From NCBI GenBank assembly GCA_031394255.1, contig JANMXA010000046.1, forward strand, positions 6,753-70,752: a stretch of 64,000 nt of DNA. Direction: 5' to 3'. The DNA is from Gemmatimonadota bacterium (GTDB taxonomy: Bacteria > Gemmatimonadota > Gemmatimonadetes > Gemmatimonadales > GWC2-71-9). A model generated the notes under the pieces. That model was not told the DNA's origin. It did no database searches and saw nothing but the letters and a program-made list of their open reading frames with translations. A program made the translations under genes and the position numbers. This document shows positions 42,459 to 50,899 of the stretch, piece by piece. Numbering within the stretch: the stretch's first letter is position 1; every line of letters begins with the position of its first letter.

Positions 42459-43413
42459 ATCGGGGAACGTTAGTACCGCCGGAGCGGCCGAGCGAGAGGC
42501 CATCTCGAAGACCCTGATCGTCGTCCTGGTGATGACGGCGCTGTTCATGGTCGTCGAGGCGGTGGCCGGGTATATCAGCGGGTCCCTGGCCCTGCTGGCG
42601 GATGCCGGGCACATGCTGATCGATGTCGGGGCGCTGGGGCTCACGGCGTTCACGGCCTGGCTGGCCCGGAAGCCGGCTTCGCCGACCAAGACGTACGGCT
42701 ACCTCAGGATGGAGATCTTCGCCGCGGTCGTGAACGGGGCGGCGCTGATCGGGATTGCGGTGGCGGTGGTGCGCGAGGCGATCGGGCGGCTGAATTCGCC
42801 GCCGGCCATCCGGGTCGACATCTTCCTGATGGCCGCGGTTGCCGGCCTGCTGATCAACATCGTGAGCCTCCGAAAGCTGCACGGTCACCGGCATGGCGGG
42901 CTCAACGTCCGGGGGGCCTACCTTCACGTCCTCGGCGACCTGCTGGGATCGGTCGGGGCGGTACTCGCGGCCCTCATCGTCCGCTACACCGGCTGGAATC
43001 TGGCCGACCCGATCATGTCGATCCTTCTGTCGGTTCTGATCCTGGGCGGCGCCTGGCAGCTCCTCAAGGAGAGCACCGCGATCCTGCTGGAGGCGGCTCC
43101 GCCCCATGTTCCACTCGATGAGGTGCGGCGGAAGCTCCTGGCGGTGGACGGGGTCCGGGACGTTCACGATCTCCATGTCTGGACGGTGACCAGCGGGGTG
43201 GTGGCGATGAGCGGGCACGCCGTCATCCCGGAATTGGGACGGCACCCGGCCGCCCTCAAGGCCATGCTCCACGAATTGGAGCATCTCGGGATCCAGCATT
43301 CGACCCTCCAGCTCGAGGTCGAGGACCATTGCGAGGGGCTCGATTGCCTCCGCCGTGACGCGGCCGCCGGAGATCACGCGCACCACCACCCTCAACACGT
43401 CCACGAGCACTGA
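42448..43413 (+). CDS. Cation diffusion facilitator (CzcD/ZitB-like Zn/Co/Cd exporter)
   Basis: SLALLADAGHMLID, TYGYLRME, LHVLGDLLGS, HDLHVW, His-rich C-terminus; start uncertain. Confidence 0.92.
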   Translation: MCSISGNVSTAGAAEREAISKTLIVVLVMTALFMVVEAVAGYISGSLALLADAGHMLIDVGALGLTAFTAWLARKPASPTKTYGYLRMEIFAAVVNGAALIGIAVAVVREAIGRLNSPPAIRVDIFLMAAVAGLLINIVSLRKLHGHRHGGLNVRGAYLHVLGDLLGSVGAVLAALIVRYTGWNLADPIMSILLSVLILGGAWQLLKESTAILLEAAPPHVPLDEVRRKLLAVDGVRDVHDLHVWTVTSGVVAMSGHAVIPELGRHPAALKAMLHELEHLGIQHSTLQLEVEDHCEGLDCLRRDAAAGDHAHHHPQHVHEH

Positions 43414-43502
43414 GTTTCCCCGTCCCGGGCCCCCCGGGGCGGGCTGTCTTGCGCCCCCCACCCGTCCCCCCTATATATGCCCCCTTCAAGGGGGTAGTAG
43501 CT

Positions 43503-45350
43503 GTGAAGATTCGTATCATAGAGATCATTGCCCACGTCGACCACGGGAAGACCACGCTGGTGGATCAGATGCTCCGGCAGGCCGGCGCATTTCGTGAGAA
43601 CCAGCACGTGGAAGAGCGGGTGATGGATTCGAACCCGCTCGAGCGGGAGCGCGGGATTACGATTCTCGCCAAGAACACCTCCGTGCATTGGCATGGGACC
43701 AAGATCAACATCGTGGACACCCCCGGGCACGCTGATTTCGGCGGTGAAGTCGAGCGGATCCTGCGGATGGTGGACGGGGTTCTGATCCTGGTGGACGCGG
43801 CTGAAGGGCCGATGCCGCAGACCCGCTTCGTGACCCGGAAGGCCCTTGCCCTTGGGCTCCGGCCGATCGTGGCGATCAACAAGGTTGACCGGTCCGACGC
43901 CGAGCCGTACCGGGTTCATGACGAGGTGCTTGGCCTCTTCATCGATCTCGAAGCGACCCACGACCAACTCGAAGCGCCGTTCCTCTACACCTCGAGCCGT
44001 CATGGTACGTCGACGACCGTTCTCGAGACGCCCGGCGTCAATCTGGAGCCGCTGTTCGAGGCGATCGTCCGGCACGTCCCGGCCCCGACCGGTGACCCGG
44101 ACGGGAAGTTCCAGATGTTGATCTCGACCCTCGATCATTCGCCCTTCCTCGGTCGGCTCGGCATTGGCCGGGTGGAACGGGGGGTGGTCCGAGTCGGCGA
44201 CCCGGTGGCCCTGCTCCCCCTTGGCGAGCCCGGGCTCGTGTCGGAGGAGATCATCGAGCGGGCCCGGGTCACGAAACTGTTCGTGTTCGAGGGACTGACC
44301 CGACTCGAGGTTACCTCGGCCTCGGCCGGGGACATCGTGGTGGTGTCCGGATTCGACGGGATCGAAATCGGGAAGACGCTCACCGATCCCACGCTGCCGG
44401 AGCGCCTCGAGGGCATTGCCGTCGAAGAGCCGACCATTTCGGTGGATTTTGCGCTTAACAACTCGCCGTTCTCGGGGCGGGAAGGCAAGTACGTTACCAG
44501 CCGCCAGGTCCGGGACCGGCTCTTCAAGGAACTGGAGCGGAACGTGGCGCTCCGGGTCGAGGAGACCGATTCGCCGGACACCCTGGCGGTCAGCGGCCGA
44601 GGTGAGCTCCATCTTGGGATTCTGATGGAGACCATGCGGCGCGAGGGGTACGAGTTCCAGGTGTCCCGGCCCCGGGTGATCACGCGGGAAGGCCCGAACG
44701 GGGAGCGGTACGAGCCCTACGAGGAGCTGCTGGTCGACGTGCCCGAGGCCTACATGGGAGCGGTGATGGAAAAACTCGGCCCTCGCCGGGCCGAGTTGAC
44801 CGAAATGAGGAACCCTGGCCAGGGTACGGTCCGTATGGTGTTCCGGATCCCGGCCCGAGGCCTGTTTGGTTATCGCTCTGAGTTCCTGACCGATACCCGG
44901 GGGACGGGGGTGCTGCACCACCGGTTCCTCGACTACGGGTCCTGGGCCGGGCCGCTCGCCGGCCGGAAGCGCGGGGTGCTGGTCGCGGACCGGGAAGGGT
45001 CGGCCGTGGGATTTGCGCTGGCCAATCTGCAGGAGCGGGCCCAGCTGTTCGTGCGGCCGACCGACGATGTCTATGAGGGCATGGTGGTGGGCGAAAACTC
45101 CCGTCCGGAGGACATGGACGTGAACGTGGCCAAGGAGAAGAAGCTCACCAACATGCGGACCACGGCGACGGACGATAACATCATGCTCGAGCCGCCGCGG
45201 GAGATCTCGCTGGAGTACGCGCTCGAGTACATCGAGGACGACGAGCTGATCGAGGTGACACCGGAGACGATCCGGCTCCGAAAGCGCGTCCTGTCGCAGA
45301 CCGAACGAAGAAAAGCCGCCCGGGCAGCCGCCCGGGTCGCCGGCGCCTGA
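43503..45350 (+). CDS. typA: Translational GTPase TypA/BipA
   Basis: [66 protein letters not shown]; start set at GTG 43503. Confidence 0.96.
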   Translation: MKIRIIEIIAHVDHGKTTLVDQMLRQAGAFRENQHVEERVMDSNPLERERGITILAKNTSVHWHGTKINIVDTPGHADFGGEVERILRMVDGVLILVDAAEGPMPQTRFVTRKALALGLRPIVAINKVDRSDAEPYRVHDEVLGLFIDLEATHDQLEAPFLYTSSRHGTSTTVLETPGVNLEPLFEAIVRHVPAPTGDPDGKFQMLISTLDHSPFLGRLGIGRVERGVVRVGDPVALLPLGEPGLVSEEIIERARVTKLFVFEGLTRLEVTSASAGDIVVVSGFDGIEIGKTLTDPTLPERLEGIAVEEPTISVDFALNNSPFSGREGKYVTSRQVRDRLFKELERNVALRVEETDSPDTLAVSGRGELHLGILMETMRREGYEFQVSRPRVITREGPNGERYEPYEELLVDVPEAYMGAVMEKLGPRRAELTEMRNPGQGTVRMVFRIPARGLFGYRSEFLTDTRGTGVLHHRFLDYGSWAGPLAGRKRGVLVADREGSAVGFALANLQERAQLFVRPTDDVYEGMVVGENSRPEDMDVNVAKEKKLTNMRTTATDDNIMLEPPREISLEYALEYIEDDELIEVTPETIRLRKRVLSQTERRKAARAAARVAGA

Positions 45351-45429
45351 AGCGGCGCCAAACACCCCAGTCTCGCGAAAGGTGGGAGTCCCGATGTCGG
45401 CCTTGGTGGCGTCGTACGAGGACGTGAAG

Positions 45430-45606
45430 ATGCGTCGGCGATTCGATGAAGATGAGGACGAGTTCGACAGCGACTCTTTTCAGTTCGATGATGATGACGA
45501 TGAGGAGTCGGATGACGAGGACGAGGACGAGGAACTCGATGGCGACCTTGACGAGGATGAGGATCTCAAGGACGGGTTCGAAATCGTCGACGAGGACGAG
45601 GAGTAG
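45430..45606 (+). CDS. Very acidic 58-aa hypothetical protein
   Basis: GAGGA 7 nt before ATG; 37 of 58 residues are D/E. Confidence 0.65.
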   Translation: MRRRFDEDEDEFDSDSFQFDDDDDEESDDEDEDEELDGDLDEDEDLKDGFEIVDEDEE

Positions 45607-45644
45607 CCGAGGGTCGGGTGCGCTGTCTGGCCGGGCCCCGAGGG

Positions 45645-45673
45645 TTGCCCCGGGGCCCGTTGGCGACTATCGT
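45645..45673 (+). promoter_or_regulatory. Candidate sigma70 promoter of tRNA-Ile
   Basis: TTGCCC-N17-TATCGT, 36 nt upstream of the tRNA. Confidence 0.55.
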
Positions 45674-45709
45674 AGGCGGCCTTCCCGGAACCATCCGTTC
45701 GTGGGTTAA

Positions 45710-45783
<74 letters not shown>

Positions 45784-45796
45784 TTACTGGACCAAG

Positions 45797-45836
45797 AAAA
45801 CCCCGCCTTGACCGTGATGGTCAGACGGGGTCTTTG
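45797..45836. terminator. Probable bidirectional hairpin terminator after the tRNA
   Basis: AAAA-CCCCGCCTTGACC-GTGAT-GGTCAGACGGGG-TCTTT, between convergent genes. Confidence 0.55.
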
Positions 45837-45858
45837 TCGTCCAGGGGCCCAGCTTCGG

Positions 45859-46389
45859 TCAGTGAATGCCGCCGCGGAATCCCGGGGTGAGGCTATGAAT
45901 GGCGATCGGCGAACTGTGGGGATGACGGATATCACAGTCATCATCGGTTCCGCCAACGCCTCCGCGGATGATGACGCCGCCCCGCCTGCCGCCGGTTGAC
46001 CATCCCCCACCCATGCCGCCCCGCTGAAGCCCGATGCCGCCGATGTCGGGCATCGCCGCCGGGGCCGGTCCCGCGACGAGAATCTCGATCGGTTCCGCCG
46101 CTTCCTTGAAGTCGTGGGTCGGTTCGATCAGGGCGGCCGAGGTCGAAGCCAGGGCCAGCTTCGGCGCCGGGGCCTCAAGCGCGGCCGCTGCAGCAGGGGC
46201 CGCGCGCCGGGCGTTGGCGGAGGGCCTTCGGGGCTTGGGCAGGCGGCCGATTTCGATTTCAGACACAACCCCGGTGTCGCGGGTCGCTGTCGTGCCGAGA
46301 TGAAGGTCCCGGGACGCGGGCTGGGTCTGCTGGGGGGCTGAGCAGGCTGCAAGACCAACGGCGGCCAATACCAGGGTACGGATTCGCAC
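45859..46389 (-). CDS. Hypothetical lipoprotein, Pro/Ala-rich, with Gly-rich C-terminal motif
   Basis: AGGAG RBS, GTG start, lipobox LAAC; C-terminal GGVIIRGGVGGTDDDC. Confidence 0.65.
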   Translation of the reverse strand: MRIRTLVLAAVGLAACSAPQQTQPASRDLHLGTTATRDTGVVSEIEIGRLPKPRRPSANARRAAPAAAAALEAPAPKLALASTSAALIEPTHDFKEAAEPIEILVAGPAPAAMPDIGGIGLQRGGMGGGWSTGGRRGGVIIRGGVGGTDDDCDIRHPHSSPIAIHSLTPGFRGGIH

Positions 46390-46546
46390 GGGGCTTCTCC
46401 TACCGCGAGGGGGACTCGGATGGAATGTACGACCGCCCTTCACCGATAGCGAGCAGGGGTCGGTCCGGGCCTGCTAGGTTACCGGGGTGGAACGATCTTG
46501 CCTCTTCGACACGGCCGCCGTCATCTCACCCGGACAGGTCCACCGT

Positions 46547-47032
46547 ATGAGCCGTCAGAGCCTGCTGGTCCTCATTCTCCTGGCCGCCTGCAATCGAGTT
46601 CCCCAACCCGGTTCCGGGTCCGACGCGGCGCTGGCGGACACCCTCAAGGCCCGGATCGTCCAGGCCTACGACTTCACCCGGCCCGGGGTGGTGGAGCGGA
46701 TGGAGGGCCTCTATCCCGATTCGGGGCGGGTGGTGTCGGCGAGCGGGGGGCTGATCATCTCGTCGGTCGACTCGCTCCACGCCGGCATTCAGGCCTTCTG
46801 GGACAACGTCGGGAAGAACATGAAGGACCCGGTCTGGCAGTGGGGCGACGTGTATGTGGAGCGCCTGGGAGCTGACGCGGCCGTGATGACCGCGAGTTGG
46901 TCGATTCCGCACATCGCGCCAACGGGGCACCCACACACCATTCGAGGCGCATGGACGGCGGTTTTCCGGCGCGTCTCAGGGCGCTGGATGATTGTGATGG
47001 AGCACCTCTCGACCCCGCCCTCGGGCGGGTAA
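46547..47032 (+). CDS. NTF2/SnoaL-like (DUF4440-type) lipoprotein
   Basis: Lipobox LAAC; VERLGADAAV...WTAVFRR...WMIVMEHLS. Confidence 0.78.
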   Translation: MSRQSLLVLILLAACNRVPQPGSGSDAALADTLKARIVQAYDFTRPGVVERMEGLYPDSGRVVSASGGLIISSVDSLHAGIQAFWDNVGKNMKDPVWQWGDVYVERLGADAAVMTASWSIPHIAPTGHPHTIRGAWTAVFRRVSGRWMIVMEHLSTPPSGG

Positions 47033-47080
47033 CGTGGGCGGAAACCGCGGGGGGTGCGATGCCGTACGGACCCGCCTCAT

Positions 47081-48340
47081 ATGATCAACACCGTTGCTTT
47101 CGGGGCGAACGTCCGGGTCGGGGTCGACGCCCTCCGCATTCACCCACTTCGCACCATCCTCTCCGTGCTCGGCATCGTGATCGGGTCCGCCTCACTCGTG
47201 GCTACCATGGCGGTGAGCGACGGGATGATGGGATTTGCCCGGGGGCAGATCGAGGCCGAAACGTCGGTCCAGGTGATCGGGATTTCATCGAAGACGTCGG
47301 ACTACCGGGACGGCCAGTGGGTCGCGATCACCGATTATCCGGTGTTCACGATGGCCGACGTGGCCGACGCTCGCCGGGCGATCGAGGGCGTGGGGTCCGC
47401 CACAATGGTGCTTTCGGGGAGCGCCCCAACCCGGTATCGCGGGTCCCAGCACCAGACGTCGATCAGTCTGGGTACGGCGGATCTCCCCGACTTCGTGAAG
47501 GTCGATCTTGGCGCGGGCCGGTTTTTCAGTTCGGCCGAGGCGGCCCATAACGCTCCGGTCGTGGTGCTCAACTATGCGCTGGCCCGGGAGTTGTCCCCCG
47601 GTCGCGATCCGTTCGGGATGGTCGGCGAGGACGTCGTGGTGCGCGGCCGGGTCCGCCGGGTCGTGGGAGTGCAGGCACGGAACGAATTCGACGAGCCGGA
47701 CAATCCGGATTTTTCGATGTTCGCCCCGATCCGGGCCGCCACGGCGCTTCTTGATCCACCCAGGTCCGGGAAGTTCACGCCGACGTTGCAGCTCAAGGCG
47801 CCGACCGTGGAGTCGGTTCAGGCGCTCCGGGCCGCGGCGACGGACTGGCTGGCCCGCCGCTACGTGCGGTGGCCGGATCGGGTCAGGGTCGTGGTGGGGG
47901 CCGAGCGCCTGGCCAAGGTGAACCAGGCGTTCCTGCTGGCCAAGCTGTTCCTGGGCGCTCTGGTTGGGATCTCGCTGGTGGTGGGTGGGGTTGGGATCAT
48001 GAACGTGCTGCTCGCATCGGTGACGGAACGGACCCGGGAGATCGGCATCCGCAAGGCCGTTGGTGCCCGGGGGGCCGACATCCGAACCCAGTTCCTCGCG
48101 GAGTCGGTGTCGATTGCGGTGGCTGGTACCGGGGTGGGGTTGATGCTCGGGCTGCTCCTCGCGGTGGCGATCACGGCGGGGTTCCGGTTATTCGTCGGGG
48201 CGCCGGTGTATCCGGTCCTGTCGCTCAGCACTCTGGTGCTGGCGATCGTCTCGTCATCGTTCGTCGGTCTCGTGTTCGGGACCTATCCGGCGCGACGGGC
48301 GGCGGAATTGCCGGTGATCGCGGCGATTGCGCACGAGTAG
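47081..48340 (+). CDS. MacB/FtsX-like ABC transporter permease
   Basis: LRTILSVLGIVIG, GRFF, VGGVGIMNVLLASVTERTREIGIRKAVGA, YPARRAA. Confidence 0.9.
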   Translation: MINTVAFGANVRVGVDALRIHPLRTILSVLGIVIGSASLVATMAVSDGMMGFARGQIEAETSVQVIGISSKTSDYRDGQWVAITDYPVFTMADVADARRAIEGVGSATMVLSGSAPTRYRGSQHQTSISLGTADLPDFVKVDLGAGRFFSSAEAAHNAPVVVLNYALARELSPGRDPFGMVGEDVVVRGRVRRVVGVQARNEFDEPDNPDFSMFAPIRAATALLDPPRSGKFTPTLQLKAPTVESVQALRAAATDWLARRYVRWPDRVRVVVGAERLAKVNQAFLLAKLFLGALVGISLVVGGVGIMNVLLASVTERTREIGIRKAVGARGADIRTQFLAESVSIAVAGTGVGLMLGLLLAVAITAGFRLFVGAPVYPVLSLSTLVLAIVSSSFVGLVFGTYPARRAAELPVIAAIAHE

Positions 48341-48431
48341 GGCGCGACGGCGGGTTTCAGTCCTGTTTCGGTGCGGTAACGGAGTCGGCCAGGGGCTTGG
48401 CGCCAGGTGAACGGTCTCGGCACCTTGTGGC

Positions 48432-49736
48432 ATGCGCGCTCCGCTCGGCAGCCTGCTTCTGGTTACAACGATAGCCTTCGGCTGCTTCGGCCCGGCAGGT
48501 GACGTTTGCCCGCCGGACGGATCCGCGGCCGTGGGGCGAACGGACGATGGCGACCTGCAGGTGCCGTCCGGGGCAGCACGGGCTGCTCGCCGTGAGTCGA
48601 GGGAGTCAGTCACTGCGTTTCACCGACTCGGCGGCGGCCCGGCCCTCAGGATCTCATACCGTCTGGCAGGCGAAGCCACTCCGATCCCGAGCGTCAGGAT
48701 CACGGCGATCCAGTGTCTCTCGGCCGCGGATCCGCCGATTCTGGAGCCGGACGGAGTGACCGATGGAAACGGCGCTCTGACGTTCCCGTGTCCACCGTCG
48801 CATCCGAGAGTGAGCGGGCGAGCCGAGCTTGCGAGCGCCTTCGTCTCGATCATCGATGGGTCGGGCCACCCGGCGTCGCTCGCCTTCGATCTCCCCGCTG
48901 CCGACGGCGATCTCGAGTTCAGTGTTGCGGCGGGCCGGGCGTACAACGCGATCAACTACGGGGGGCCGATCGCGGCCCTCCGATTCGGGGTGACCCGCAG
49001 CCCGGTGGGCGTTCAGCTGGACGCGCCGGGTCTCCCGGCGCTTGGGGCCCGGTACGCGCCGGACCATGACCGGATCGAGGCGACGAGCGCCGCCATCGAT
49101 TCCTATCCATTCGAGGAGGCGTTCTTCAAGGTCCTCCACGAGTACGGACACGCCTTCCACTATGTCGCCATCGAACCGTGGGGGAGCTACACTTGCCGGA
49201 ACGGGACCCACGCTTTCGAAACCGAGAACTCGCTGTCGTGTGCCTTCGTTGAGGGTTTCGCCCACTTCTTCGCCGCCTGGATCGGCGGGAGCCGGCTCGA
49301 CTCGGACGAGGCGCTGCCGAACGCGGCGTCGGATCGGGTGCTCGAGGAGAACCTCTATCGCGGGCGCCTGTCGGACGGGGCCAGGACTCCCGGCGTGGTG
49401 GCGGCGTTGTTGTACGATCTGGCCGATGGGGCTGATTCTCCCGATGGGCCGGGGAATACCGCGAATGGCGATGACGACCCGATCTCGGTGGGCGGCGCTG
49501 ATCTGGTGAGTGTGATCCGGGGGTGCCGGCTAGTGCCGCCCTCGGGCTGCCCGGTGGTCGACCGTCTCGATGGTGCGGATCAATTGATCGCGTGTGCCGA
49601 GGGCGATCCGGCCGCGAGCGCGGCGGGGCGGCGCTGGCGGAGCTACCAGGCGGTGGAGTCTTCGAGTGCGCCGATCGGCGGCGATCGTGCGGCCCTTCGC
49701 TCTCTCTGGCTTCGCGACCTCTACGGGGAGAATTGA
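48432..49736 (+). CDS. Hypothetical exported/lipoprotein HEXXH metallopeptidase-like protein
   Basis: Possible lipobox AFGC; LHEYGH followed by AFVEGFAHFF (gluzincin-like third ligand). Confidence 0.6.
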   Translation: MRAPLGSLLLVTTIAFGCFGPAGDVCPPDGSAAVGRTDDGDLQVPSGAARAARRESRESVTAFHRLGGGPALRISYRLAGEATPIPSVRITAIQCLSAADPPILEPDGVTDGNGALTFPCPPSHPRVSGRAELASAFVSIIDGSGHPASLAFDLPAADGDLEFSVAAGRAYNAINYGGPIAALRFGVTRSPVGVQLDAPGLPALGARYAPDHDRIEATSAAIDSYPFEEAFFKVLHEYGHAFHYVAIEPWGSYTCRNGTHAFETENSLSCAFVEGFAHFFAAWIGGSRLDSDEALPNAASDRVLEENLYRGRLSDGARTPGVVAALLYDLADGADSPDGPGNTANGDDDPISVGGADLVSVIRGCRLVPPSGCPVVDRLDGADQLIACAEGDPAASAAGRRWRSYQAVESSSAPIGGDRAALRSLWLRDLYGEN

Positions 49737-49755
49737 AAGTGGGACCCGACCCCGG

Positions 49756-50331
49756 TCAGTCGTTGAGCTGCCGGGCCAGCTGCCGGAGCTGTTCGGCCTG
49801 GCGGGTCGCCCGACGGCCAAACCATACCGTCCAGCCAAAGACCGCCGCGGTGACGCCGGTTGGCGGGATCCACCACCAGGTGGTGCCGGCCGGTTCGGCC
49901 CGCGGGCTGACCAGAACCCAGGCAAGGACGGCCCCGCATTCGCCAACGACCAGCCAGAACCCGAAGCGTGCCGCGTACGCCTCCCGTTCGCATCGTGCCA
50001 GCGCCAGGGCCAGGTAACCTGCGACCGCCTGGGACAGCGGGCGCCAGATTCCGCGACGATTCCAGAGCGTGAAGGTCCAGACCACTGCGGAGTGAAGCGC
50101 GGCCGCAGCGCCCCAGACCAGGGCGGCGGTGGTGCGCTCAGCCAGGACGATCCAGAGGACCCCGATCGCGACCAGCAGCGTGACGAGGCATTCCATGGCT
50201 ACCGTGAATCGGAGGCGATGGGTGTGGCGTTCGACGATCAGGCGAATCCCGGCTTCCGGCGACGACACCGTTCCCGCCTGCCTCCAGGCCGTTCCCCAGT
50301 CCTGCCAATCCCGTTCGACGGTGGCGTTCAT
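49756..50331 (-). CDS. Membrane protein, probable anti-sigma factor
   Basis: About 4 TM segments; N-terminal W..WR; ATGA overlap with the ECF sigma gene. Confidence 0.6.
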   Translation of the reverse strand: MNATVERDWQDWGTAWRQAGTVSSPEAGIRLIVERHTHRLRFTVAMECLVTLLVAIGVLWIVLAERTTAALVWGAAAALHSAVVWTFTLWNRRGIWRPLSQAVAGYLALALARCEREAYAARFGFWLVVGECGAVLAWVLVSPRAEPAGTTWWWIPPTGVTAAVFGWTVWFGRRATRQAEQLRQLARQLND

Positions 50332-50828
50332 TCCGATCCTCCAGTGCCCAGCAAGTGCCGGAGCCGTTGCCGGGCTCGTGTCAGCCTAACGGCCACGTTG
50401 TTTTCAGTGACGCCGAGGACCTCGGCGATTTCGGCATGGGTGAGATCTTCGAGGGCGAGCGTAATGACCTGGCGCTGTCCCTCCGGCAGCGACCGGATGG
50501 CTTCCATCAGGCGATCGCGGAGCAGCGCTCGCCCGGCCACGGCGTCGGGCCCGGGGCGCTGATCGGGCAGGGCGTCCTCGATCGGCTCGTAATGGCGGTG
50601 GCGGGTCCGAAAGGTGATGCCGCGGTTGTGGCCGATGCGGAAGGCGAAGGTGCGTTCGCTGCTTTCGCCCCGGAAGGTGGGCAGTGCGCGCCAGAGGCCA
50701 AAGCAGATGTCCTGGAACAGGTCGTCAGCGTCGGCCTGGGCCCGGGCATAGGTCAGCGCCAAGCGGCGGAGGGCCGGGCCGTGGTCCCGGACGATCCGGT
50801 CGAATCGACCGTTGGCCTCCTCGTTCAT
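50328..50828 (-). CDS. ECF (group 4) RNA polymerase sigma factor
   Basis: DDLFQD, FRGESS.RTF.FRI.HN, LPEGQRQVI, EIAEVLG...V.VRL.RAR. Confidence 0.93.
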   Translation of the reverse strand: MNEEANGRFDRIVRDHGPALRRLALTYARAQADADDLFQDICFGLWRALPTFRGESSERTFAFRIGHNRGITFRTRHRHYEPIEDALPDQRPGPDAVAGRALLRDRLMEAIRSLPEGQRQVITLALEDLTHAEIAEVLGVTENNVAVRLTRARQRLRHLLGTGGSE

Positions 50829-50835
50829 GCTCTGG

Positions 50836-50864
50836 GTTGTCCCCGCAAAGGTCGGGATCCTTAC
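50836..50864 (-). promoter_or_regulatory. Candidate autoregulatory ECF promoter (leaderless)
   Basis: Minus strand GTAAGG-N17-GACAAC, ending 7 nt before the sigma ATG. Confidence 0.4.
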
Positions 50865-50899
50865 GGGGACGAGGGGTGGTTCGAGTCAGAGACTCGGCG

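Noticed and set aside
45436..45603. CRISPR or tandem repeat in the GAY/GAR-rich tract
   Set aside because: No fixed repeat-spacer unit; explained by Asp/Glu codons
47081..48340. Orphan MacB-like permease as a novel system
   Set aside because: Stand-alone permeases of this type are common, and nothing else here links it to a system
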